Source: an uncultured virus (IMG/VR IMGVR_UViG_3300021255_000105) (lineage: Duplodnaviria; Heunggongvirae; Uroviricota; Caudoviricetes). Taken from it: a stretch of 64,000 nucleotides of DNA. The notes beneath the pieces are model-generated. The model saw only the letters and a list, made by a program, of their open reading frames with translations. It was not told where the DNA came from and searched no databases. Positions 56,003 through 64,000 of this stretch are shown piece by piece. The position numbers and the translations under genes were made by a program. The DNA is taken from the IMG/VR virus record IMGVR_UViG_3300021255_000105; one strand, given 5' to 3'. Numbering within the stretch: position 1 is the stretch's first letter; each line of letters begins with the position of its first letter.

Positions 56003-56638
56003 TCAGTTCTCTTTTACCCATTCGTGAATTTTTCGCGCAATAACCGTGAAAAGATTATCGTGCTTCAAGCTTGAAATAGTAATTTCGCCCTTTCCGGGGA
56101 GTCCGCGAAGATACCCCATAGCCATAGCGAACGAAAGCTCCCGGAGGCGGGATAGTATCGGATTTTCCTCTGGCTCCAGAATATCCCCGAAAGGCGCTCG
56201 TTTGACGTGATAATTTACGTTTTTCCATGCGGCGTTTGCGAACTGCGCAAAGATATGAGCCAGCATAAACCAGCTTACGTTTTTTCGCTCCTCGAACCCA
56301 ATCCCGTCAAACATTTGTAGTACCCCGCTTTGAAGCATTATTATCTCGTTTGAGATATACTCGTAAAGCGAGTCCATAAGGTCGGTTACTTCGTCTTGAT
56401 TCTTTGCTGGGATAAACGAAAAGAAAGGCCGGTTAAAGAGCGTATATTGCTTATGCCAAATCGCCGATTTCTGTTTTTGCTCATGCTTTAACGGCCCCGT
56501 CGCCTTTTCGCCTTTCATCTGGCACTGATAGGCTATATCGGCCAAAAGGAACGGCAGGATAGGCGCGAGCGAATCGCCCTTTACTTGCGTTCTGGCCGCA
56601 CCTTTCAGGCCGAGTTCGACAAGCTCTTTCTTTGTCAT
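56003..56638 (-). CDS. hypothetical protein
   Basis: 211-aa ORF. Confidence 0.65.
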   Translation of the reverse strand: MTKKELVELGLKGAARTQVKGDSLAPILPFLLADIAYQCQMKGEKATGPLKHEQKQKSAIWHKQYTLFNRPFFSFIPAKNQDEVTDLMDSLYEYISNEIIMLQSGVLQMFDGIGFEERKNVSWFMLAHIFAQFANAAWKNVNYHVKRAPFGDILEPEENPILSRLRELSFAMAMGYLRGLPGKGEITISSLKHDNLFTVIARKIHEWVKEN

Positions 56639-56761
56639 AGCGATTCTATTTTATCAATAATTGCATCTATTTTCTTCTCTATTTTAGAGAAATAGTGCTC
56701 CGCAATTCTCCAAATACCCAAAATTGCAAATAGAAACCACGCAATAGCAAAACATAATGAT

Positions 56762-57277
56762 TCAAATGTGTTCATATTCTATTCCTCTTTTTTTAAGAAC
56801 CTTGCCGAGTTCAACCATATCCCGGCGAACATCATCCATTGTGCCGCCATTCCACGATTCATATACATACCGAGCCACTTTCTCTAATTCGGACTCCGGC
56901 TGCTCCCGAGGTAACACCCTACCACGAATGTTCACTCCCAGCCCCGCTATCCACTCTACTCCGGCTTTGAAGGCATCTTCGATTGCATCTTGCAAATCCT
57001 CATTGTTTGCCAAAATGTTCTCCGAGTATTTCTCTGCCGCCTCGTCAAGGTTGGAGGGGAAGGAAGGCATCATCCCCACTATATCGTTTTCTATATCCGG
57101 TCCGTTTAGGCATTTGCCATTTTCCCGATTAACCCTTATTTGCCCCCAATCTTTCACATAGAAATCGGCAAACTGATATTCTGAGTTCTCGGTAAGTCGG
57201 AGAAACAAAGCCTCCTGTCCGCCCCTCGTGACGAATCTATCTCCGAATTTTGCTTTTTCAAATAATTCTTGTGTCAT
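56762..57277 (-). CDS. modular hypothetical protein
   Basis: AKFGDRF.TRGG, LDEAAEKY, AFKAGVEW modules. Confidence 0.6.
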   Translation of the reverse strand: MTQELFEKAKFGDRFVTRGGQEALFLRLTENSEYQFADFYVKDWGQIRVNRENGKCLNGPDIENDIVGMMPSFPSNLDEAAEKYSENILANNEDLQDAIEDAFKAGVEWIAGLGVNIRGRVLPREQPESELEKVARYVYESWNGGTMDDVRRDMVELGKVLKKRGIEYEHI

Positions 57278-57278
57278 A

Positions 57279-57497
57279 TTACATTGAGTTAAGTTTGTCA
57301 ATTAGTTGCTTGTAGCAAACCTTTCTTATCGCACTTGCGTTTTCGTTGAGATAGGCTTCTTTCGCCCACTCCAGCAGCGCTTCCTTGCGGATATATTCGT
57401 GTTGGGCATTGGCCGTGGTCTTTTGGGCTTTTCTAACGCTCCACATTTGGCTTATTCCTTCGCCAAACTCTTTTACATAAATCTTATCTGGTGCCAT
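57279..57497 (-). CDS. hypothetical protein
   Basis: APDKIY..EYIRKEALLEWAKE. Confidence 0.6.
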   Translation of the reverse strand: MAPDKIYVKEFGEGISQMWSVRKAQKTTANAQHEYIRKEALLEWAKEAYLNENASAIRKVCYKQLIDKLNSM

Positions 57498-57518
57498 AGT
57501 TATTCTTCTTTTCTTGCG

Positions 57519-57920
57519 TTAATGCCTATAACTACTCCCGCAGCCAAATTCATTTACTCTTGGAAAAGTTTTAGACGGAGATTCGGCAACACTAACACTT
57601 TCCTCCTTTCTTGCGTTAAACCTTTCAGGGTAACCGATTCTTTCAAGTAGTAGCCACTCGCCTTCATCTAACCGCATATCTTCTTCGTGGTCTTTTACTG
57701 CTATAAGATGCCGTGCAATTCCTCCAAGTTTCTCCAAATCCACCTCCGGCTGCTCCTGCTGCAGAGAGGTGACAAAAGAAGAAATTTCATCGTGAGCAAC
57801 CTCCTTCCCACGATAATATTCCGCCACTTCCTCGTTTCTTTCATCGGCCGCAATATCGGCACATATTTCCCTTCGCCTTTGTATTTCGGCAAGCAATTTT
57901 TCTGCGTCAATGTATTTCAT
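57519..57920 (-). CDS. hypothetical protein
   Basis: MKYIDAEKL..SLQQEQPEVDLEK. Confidence 0.6.
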   Translation of the reverse strand: MKYIDAEKLLAEIQRRREICADIAADERNEEVAEYYRGKEVAHDEISSFVTSLQQEQPEVDLEKLGGIARHLIAVKDHEEDMRLDEGEWLLLERIGYPERFNARKEESVSVAESPSKTFPRVNEFGCGSSYRH

Positions 57921-58231
57921 ATCTCAAATAGTTTCGGCTCGTTCTTGTGTTTCTCGTATCTCTTTGTCGGCCTTTGCTCTTGCCTGAAGGGGCAATCGGC
58001 ATGTCTGCAAATGTCAATGGTGCGTTGGCTGATTGGCTGCTTGTCTGTTACCATGCGCGTAAAAATGTCCCTTTGGATAGCGCATTTTAGCGGAGTCCAA
58101 TCTGGAAAGTCCGGGTCGCTGCCTTTCTTGATATGGGAGGACTTCCAGCACCTATCACAGTTTCTACTCTCCCACCAATCGTATTCACTCCCGCTACTGA
58201 ACGGGTCGCGATTAACTTTCTTTGGTGCCAT
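57917..58231 (-). CDS. Cys-containing hypothetical protein
   Basis: PFSSGSEY..NCDRCWK..C..C..CP. Confidence 0.6.
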   Translation of the reverse strand: MAPKKVNRDPFSSGSEYDWWESRNCDRCWKSSHIKKGSDPDFPDWTPLKCAIQRDIFTRMVTDKQPISQRTIDICRHADCPFRQEQRPTKRYEKHKNEPKLFEI

Positions 58232-58232
58232 A

Positions 58233-58817
58233 CTAATACGCTTTCCCTCCGTGGTGATACGACCTGCCTTTATTGTAGCGCATCTTTTGTTCGATATGCC
58301 ATTCGAGGTCAAAGTCGAGCAAATTGGCCCACTCATAGAGATATAAAATCGACGAAGCTATATTCATACTGCCCGTGCCGAGAACCTCCTCAATAAACAA
58401 GTCGGCGTTGTCGGCAAAACAAAAACGGCTTAACGGGCGCACAATATACACGTTCCCCCAATCAATTTCATTGCCGTATTTCGCATAAGCAAAATCGAGT
58501 AGCCTAATTACAATATCGGCCATTTCCGCCTCTCTGCTGGGCTTGATTTTATCGTAGTAATATTTTCGGACCAGCGCATCAAGTCCCTCGCTGGACATTT
58601 TCTGTCGCCCGTATATTTCAAGGGTCTTTTTGTATTCCTCCGTATTGCCATAGAGTCCCCTCCTATCAGCCTCTACGGCCTCGGCCACTTCGGTAATTAC
58701 CAACATGCGATAGGTGCGGTCGGTGTTTTCTTTCTCATGCCAACCTTTTTCAACGGCGGTCGCATGTACGGCGCTTGCTAATTCTGCAAGCCGGGACGGA
58801 ATAAACTGGTTTTTCAT
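58233..58817 (-). CDS. MazG-like nucleotide pyrophosphohydrolase
   Basis: EVAEAVEADR, EMADIVIRLLD, KMRYNKGR..HGGKAY. Confidence 0.8.
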   Translation of the reverse strand: MKNQFIPSRLAELASAVHATAVEKGWHEKENTDRTYRMLVITEVAEAVEADRRGLYGNTEEYKKTLEIYGRQKMSSEGLDALVRKYYYDKIKPSREAEMADIVIRLLDFAYAKYGNEIDWGNVYIVRPLSRFCFADNADLFIEEVLGTGSMNIASSILYLYEWANLLDFDLEWHIEQKMRYNKGRSYHHGGKAY

Positions 58818-58822
58818 TTTAA

Positions 58823-58854
58823 TTTGGAATTATTAAAAATTAGATATATCTTTG
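58823..58854 (+). promoter_or_regulatory. sigma-A promoter for tRNA pair
   Basis: TTTG N20 TATCTTTG. Confidence 0.7.
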
Positions 58855-58923
58855 CACCCGTTATGAGAAAAACGAAATCCATAAAACGATAGGATTTCGG
58901 CCTTGCACAAGGTCGGAGCATCT

Positions 58924-58997
58924 GGCCTTGTAGCTCTAACTGGCAGAGCAGTGCACTTTTAATGCACGGGTTGCGGGTTCAAATCCCGCCGGGGCCA
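58924..58997 (+). tRNA. tRNA-Lys(TTT)
   Basis: GTGCA-CTTTTAA-TGCAC anticodon arm; full cloverleaf. Confidence 0.92.
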
Positions 58998-59003
58998 CAA
59001 CAT

Positions 59004-59075
<72 letters not shown>

Positions 59076-59291
59076 CTAATCGGCTGGATTGGCTTGCAAC
59101 GCCATTCTGGCCGATTGTCATTAATTATAGGCGGTCTAAAACTTTACAAACGGCGGAGTAGACGCGCTGGCAAAGCGCTTTTTCGCCCGGCTCCAGCTCA
59201 TTTCCACCATACATTCTTGCGTCTAATATCCTCCTTGCCTCTTTCATAAGGTCTTGCACCTTGTAGAGGGTGTTAATTGTTTCTGGTGACA

Positions 59292-59630
59292 TTATTTCGT
59301 GAGTATTTTATACATTTGCATATATCCGTCTTGCTCCTTGATTGTGGAATAGCCGCATTTCTTGTAGAAATCTATCACCCAATCAGTCATAACGGAGTTG
59401 AGGTCTATTCGGAAGATTCCATGCTCCCGGCAATAACTCTCGCTGGCAAGCATGAGCTGTTTTGCGAGCCCTTTCCTGCGTAATGGATTGATTACAGAAA
59501 GGCCGGAGATAAAGCAAACACCCGGGTTGTTATCCTCAAAGGATAAATCCACGCAGGCTCCGCCATTGGCCGTAATAATTGTAATCGTCTTACCCCACGG
59601 CCAAGAGTTATGATGCCAAATAACTTTCAT
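59292..59630 (-). CDS. GNAT-family acetyltransferase
   Basis: LSVINPLRRKGLAKQLM, DFYKKCGY. Confidence 0.85.
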   Translation of the reverse strand: MKVIWHHNSWPWGKTITIITANGGACVDLSFEDNNPGVCFISGLSVINPLRRKGLAKQLMLASESYCREHGIFRIDLNSVMTDWVIDFYKKCGYSTIKEQDGYMQMYKILTK

Positions 59631-59943
59631 TACTCATAGTTTATTTTGTATGAAGCTCCTTCTTAACCTCTCTCAAAAGCGGATATACGCAAGCCGCCTA
59701 AACAAACGCCACGATTTCCAATGCTCGCGCACGCCGCTTTTATGAGCGAATCCGTTTTGCCATATCTTGATATATTCCAAATTCCGGCGTTTACTGCCGA
59801 AAATTGCAAATTTCAAGTTTACAATGGCGTACCAAAAATTCTTGATAACCTTTTCATAGAACCATGCAGCAAAAAGGAAGGACACGACGATACATATTGC
59901 TGCCCAAACGATTTGGCCGGTTATAGAAAATATTTGTTCCATG

Positions 59944-60261
59944 CTATTTCTTGCGAATACTGGATAGAATCGCGTCCTTAACCATTTCCTCTATATCTAT
60001 GGAGTTTTTCGCATATAAGTCCCATACGACACTACGCGCCGCAGACTTAATTGCGTTCTCAACGGCCTCTTGCAGGGTGTTTTTAATAACCTTCTTTACC
60101 TCCTCCTGAAATGTTTTGTTACACATTAGGGCCGTTTTTACTTCGTTTAAAGCCTCGGAGGTTACTCTGCTGTATTCCTGCGTTATTTCTTGTGCCGCGG
60201 CCATGTAAGTCTGGCTCGGGATAGTCATTCTGACCTCAATATTAGTTGTTGGAACGTCCAT
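59944..60261 (-). CDS. hypothetical protein
   Basis: 105-aa ORF. Confidence 0.55.
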   Translation of the reverse strand: MDVPTTNIEVRMTIPSQTYMAAAQEITQEYSRVTSEALNEVKTALMCNKTFQEEVKKVIKNTLQEAVENAIKSAARSVVWDLYAKNSIDIEEMVKDAILSSIRKK

Positions 60262-60263
60262 AA

Positions 60264-60509
60264 TTATTCTGCTGGTTTCGCGTGTTCATATAGATAACGA
60301 AAATAAATCTCCCTTTGCTTCTTGGTCGCAAACGAAAACTTCTTTGTACTAATATCACCGGTTATGATGCGCCCTGAACCTTGGTGAAAAGAGTTCATTA
60401 TCGCACACCGCCTCCCCTTACTTGTAACTATCATTGATAGGGCTTGGTACTCCGGAAGATAGATAATTTCCCCTAATCGAAGCCTCTTTTTCAACTTTCT
60501 TAATTTCAT
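60264..60509 (-). CDS. hypothetical protein
   Basis: 81-aa ORF. Confidence 0.5.
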   Translation of the reverse strand: MKLRKLKKRLRLGEIIYLPEYQALSMIVTSKGRRCAIMNSFHQGSGRIITGDISTKKFSFATKKQREIYFRYLYEHAKPAE

Positions 60510-60865
60510 AGCTCTTGAACCTTAATGATACACTCATAGACTCCGAGGAAGGGAATACCCACGCCACGCGTGGTAAAAAGGTAGGTGGAGTCCTTTTTGA
60601 TACCAGCGCATTCCGGGGCCGCGTTGAATCCGGCGGTGCGAATGTGATACGCTCCCCTATCCGTCGATACAATGTAGTAAATACGGGTACTGAAGCCCTC
60701 GCTATCGCCCTCGGTGCTCTCAACTTTATCTATGGAAAGGACGGTGTGGCGCTGTGTCTTTTCGTTAATGAAGTTCGCTAAAACTCCAAACGAAACCATA
60801 ACGAGCGCAATTAAAAGCGCAAAGACCTTTGCGAAAGCCTCTGCGTCTGATTTCTTGTTTCTCAT
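60506..60865 (-). CDS. membrane-anchored hypothetical protein
   Basis: TM then YYIVSTDRG..TRGVGIPFLGVY. Confidence 0.6.
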   Translation of the reverse strand: MRNKKSDAEAFAKVFALLIALVMVSFGVLANFINEKTQRHTVLSIDKVESTEGDSEGFSTRIYYIVSTDRGAYHIRTAGFNAAPECAGIKKDSTYLFTTRGVGIPFLGVYECIIKVQEL

Positions 60866-60930
60866 GTTTCTTTTCCTTACGCGCGGGCCGCGGCCCGGCC
60901 TTCCGAAGCCGGGCCTACCCACGAAGATTA

Positions 60931-61452
60931 TTATAATTCTCGGCAAGGGCGCACCGAAAAGCCGTAGCTACGGTAGTCGCTGAACAGCGGGTACACGCTG
61001 CCACTGCCGAAGTACAGGCTACGGGCGCCGGTCTGCGAGGTTTTGCTTTCGCAGCGAGTCCAGTAATAACCATAGCTACCTTTTCCGCCGCAATCGTTTC
61101 CGTCGGCAGGAAGGAAGATAGAATTGCCGTTAGGGCCGATAACCTTGTAGCCCCTACCGGTCCACTCCCACTCGCAGTTTTCGTAAAGCTCCGCCATAGC
61201 GGTTGCGCTGGGAAGATACTCGCCAAAAGTTTCTTTCGCCTTGTCGAAGGTGTAGAACCCAGACACGTTTCTATCATACCAAAGATTGCCGGAGGGAAGC
61301 CCCAAATCAATCCAACTGGATTCATCGTCAGGGGTCCACTTTTTTGTAATGTCAAAAAGCTTTGCAACAGCCTCGCGGACTTTGTTGTTTTCGCCCTCGT
61401 TGTTCACGATTGCTTGCGCCCTTTCAATAAGGGTGTTCAAATCTTTAATCAT
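60931..61452 (-). CDS. DGR target 2: small DLGLPSG-family CLec-like protein
   Basis: WIDLGLPSGNLW, GPNGNSIFLPA, ends GFSVRPCREL like target 1. Confidence 0.9.
   Translation of the reverse strand: MIKDLNTLIERAQAIVNNEGENNKVREAVAKLFDITKKWTPDDESSWIDLGLPSGNLWYDRNVSGFYTFDKAKETFGEYLPSATAMAELYENCEWEWTGRGYKVIGPNGNSIFLPADGNDCGGKGSYGYYWTRCESKTSQTGARSLYFGSGSVYPLFSDYRSYGFSVRPCREL
60939..61041 (-). repeat. DGR variable repeat VR2
   Basis: 103 bp co-linear with TR 51717-51819; 16 mismatches, all at TR adenines. Confidence 0.95.
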
Positions 61453-61869
61453 AGTGCTTATTGTTTTAAGAGTTCGTTAAGATTCAGCGACGCATTACTT
61501 ATCATGTGGATAATATTTGCGCCGAGGATTGCCTCGGCCACCGTTGCATCAGTAAAGGTTATCCGGCCAATCATGCGACCGGCCTTATTGAGTTTCCTTC
61601 GGGCTATTTTGAGCCGGATTTTATCTATCGTATTCATACGTTCTCAAAGTAAATATCCTGCCATTTTGTATCAACCGGGAGATTAAAGAGCCGCTTGATT
61701 TGTTCAAAGTCTGCCGGATTATCCAGAAACATTTGCACCGGCTCTTTCTTGGCGTAACGTAACATTCATAGATACTGGCCGAGCTTTGCCTCGGTCTTTA
61801 CAACCGCAGTTTCGGCAAAATGCGCAGCCCCGGAGATAGTCTTGTAGTAGTGGATTTGTTCTGCCATAG

Positions 61870-63270
61870 TTAGAATGGTAAATCATTATCTTCTCGCGGC
61901 GGCTCGGTATATGCCGGGGGTGGCGAGTATCTTGCTTCTTCCGACGGCTTGACAAGCTCCGTGAAAACCGTGTATGATTCGTTTGGCTGGAGCTTTATCA
62001 GTACGTCTTTTTTGTATTGGCGATTTTTCCGCACCCACATATCGATTACGGGCCTCTCAATGGTTTGCTGGTCTTGGTTGATTGACAACTGCTTTTTTTG
62101 TTCAAGCATTAAGACAATATCAGCGTCCTGCTCAATACTCCCCGAATCGCGGAGGTCGTATAATTCCGGCGGCCTGTCATCTTTTACGCTACCCCTATTG
62201 AGCTGGCACAGTAAGACAATGGGAATTTTCAGTTTAAGGGCCGCTAATTTCAATTCTCGCGTGATTCTGGCGATAATTTGATATAGCGGTTCCCTGCCCG
62301 TTCCGTCCTCGCTTATAAGGCTCAAATAGTCAATAAAGCCTATTTTGCATCGTCCTTGATAAACGGCTATTGTCATTCTTGAAATAATCGAATCAATCGT
62401 GCGGCTTTCGTCGTTTATGTAAAGCGGCAAACTGGAAAGGGCGCTTGCGCTTTGCTGGAAACTTGAATTATCAACCTCGCCCCTTGCTATCGCGGCCTGC
62501 GTAATGCGACCCTCTGCAAAAAGTAATCTTTGGCAAAGTTCATCGCGGGTCATTTCCAGCGAGAACACCACTGCCGGGAAACCATTTTTTGCCGCCGTCC
62601 TCGCCATTTGGAGCATGATTGCCGTCTTACCAACAGACGGGCGGGCGGCGAGTACAATAAGCTGCCCTCCCCGCCAGCCTTGATAGGTCAAGCCGTCAAG
62701 CGAGGCGATGCTTGTGGGTATTCGCAATAGTTTTCCCTCTTTTTTCAGTTCGCGGGTTTGCTCAATCGTTTCTCCAACCTCCTTGACAACCGCAGACAAC
62801 GAGCGCTCCGTGACTATTGGATTTGCGCCCTGAATCTTGTTTGCGAGTGCCTGTGCCGCGTCATACATAGAAACCTCTGTCGCATTTGGATTTACAGCCG
62901 CTTGGAGCATTTCCGCTGCGGCAAAATACGCCCGCCGTTTAATGGCGGTTGCCCGGAGCTGCAGGGCATGTTCGTAGGCCGTGCTTGGGGTGGACGGATT
63001 GTAATTGTGAGCCATTATTTCGTTAAGGAAATAATTGCCCGTCTTTGCCGAGTAACTCGCGAGGTCTATCGTTTCCCCATGATTGAACATATAAACGAGC
63101 GAGTCCCAAAGGTATTTCCTTACGTCGCTTGTGAACATGTCCGGGGTGATAACGGCCATGAAATCAGCCATGCACCCCGAATTATCCACAGCATCCGCAA
63201 TAACCTGCCTTTCAATCAAAGTGGTATCTGGAAGCGGAATGTCCGCTAATGAAAATTCTTGCTTTTTCAT
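61870..63270 (-). CDS. dnaB: replicative DNA helicase
   Basis: AARPSVGKT, FSLEM, IDYL, QLNR, DLRDSGSIEQDAD. Confidence 0.95.
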   Translation of the reverse strand: MKKQEFSLADIPLPDTTLIERQVIADAVDNSGCMADFMAVITPDMFTSDVRKYLWDSLVYMFNHGETIDLASYSAKTGNYFLNEIMAHNYNPSTPSTAYEHALQLRATAIKRRAYFAAAEMLQAAVNPNATEVSMYDAAQALANKIQGANPIVTERSLSAVVKEVGETIEQTRELKKEGKLLRIPTSIASLDGLTYQGWRGGQLIVLAARPSVGKTAIMLQMARTAAKNGFPAVVFSLEMTRDELCQRLLFAEGRITQAAIARGEVDNSSFQQSASALSSLPLYINDESRTIDSIISRMTIAVYQGRCKIGFIDYLSLISEDGTGREPLYQIIARITRELKLAALKLKIPIVLLCQLNRGSVKDDRPPELYDLRDSGSIEQDADIVLMLEQKKQLSINQDQQTIERPVIDMWVRKNRQYKKDVLIKLQPNESYTVFTELVKPSEEARYSPPPAYTEPPREDNDLPF

Positions 63271-63977
63271 GGTTGTCGCTGAATAACCCCCTCGTGTTCA
63301 AGAAAACTACGTGCAAGGAACTGGTTTTCGTCATACCCCTGTTGAGCCGGAGGGGCTTGTTGCCTCGTCCTCCCCCACTCGTTAGTGGCCCATTCAAACT
63401 TAAACCCAATCCACGACTTTTCCGTAGCAAGGAGAATACAATCATTGGCTGTGTACCCGGCCTCGATTGCCTTCTTTATCTCTCTCTCAATGGCCTTAAA
63501 GGCCGTTTCTGTGTTTACGCCTTTCTTTGACTTCCTTACTTTGAGCCAATCATCGGCGATATTCGGCTCTACGCCGAGGTCAATAAGGGCGGCCCGGAAT
63601 TGAAACGCCGCTGGGGGCGGGGTTGTTTTGGGGTTGTTTGCGGGTTGTTTCTGGGCTGTTTCGTCTTGCTGTGTAACTTGGTACTCCTCGTATTTGCAAA
63701 TCGTCACCAGTGTATATTTGTTAGACGATTGCACGGTGATTTGGCCGCTTGCGGCCAGCCTTTTTAGGCACAATCTAATTTGCGAAACCGATAAGCCGGT
63801 TTCCGCTGCAAGTGCTGATAGCGACGCAACAAAGGACCCGCGCGGAACGGGAATACCCCGCCATTCCGCATCCTCCCAATTCGCACGCAGGAGCAAATGC
63901 ACCCACAGGGCGAGCATCGACGGCTCGCCATACCACTCCCACTCCCGGAGTTTCCGAAATAGCTTGATATATCCCAT
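63267..63977 (-). CDS. phage replication initiator (O/DnaD-like)
   Basis: GYIKLFRKLREWEW..LLLRAN..RGSF..LAAETGLS..TICKYEEYQ; C-terminal W.GF..EW; upstream of dnaB. Confidence 0.8.
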   Translation of the reverse strand: MGYIKLFRKLREWEWYGEPSMLALWVHLLLRANWEDAEWRGIPVPRGSFVASLSALAAETGLSVSQIRLCLKRLAASGQITVQSSNKYTLVTICKYEEYQVTQQDETAQKQPANNPKTTPPPAAFQFRAALIDLGVEPNIADDWLKVRKSKKGVNTETAFKAIEREIKKAIEAGYTANDCILLATEKSWIGFKFEWATNEWGRTRQQAPPAQQGYDENQFLARSFLEHEGVIQRQP

Positions 63978-64000
63978 GATTAGAATAGTTTTCGCTGAAC

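Overview
This window is most of a temperate, siphovirus-like Bacteroidales phage genome of about 50% GC. Bacteroidetes-type TAnnTTTG/TTTG promoters occur throughout. No host genes are present and attP looks intact, so this is probably the excised or circular form. Left to right: recombination/replication and tRNA genes (minus strand), an immunity switch, attP and integrase, then a 20-gene minus-strand early array (10.6-19.2 kb) with a second tyrosine recombinase. These are followed by a putative terS and genome end (~20.7 kb), an SF3 primase-helicase operon, terminase/portal (minus), head and tail genes (plus), a complete diversity-generating retroelement (DGR), lysis genes, and more early/replication genes including DnaB and an initiator. 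Best candidates for undescribed biology: (1) a ~65-nt promoter-and-terminator-bounded sRNA at 25.8 kb whose unpaired seed is the exact antisense of a 15-nt motif covering the start codon of ~18 phage genes; (2) cassette-like junctions in the early array, each with a GC hairpin whose stems vary but whose TGATAC loop is conserved; (3) a second, remote, opposite-strand DGR target in a small non-structural gene 9 kb from TR; (4) a coiled-coil protein followed by a closed ~280-nt structured RNA with a tRNA-like domain and 6-nt-periodic tracts. All calls come from manual reading and motif recognition; no searches were run.
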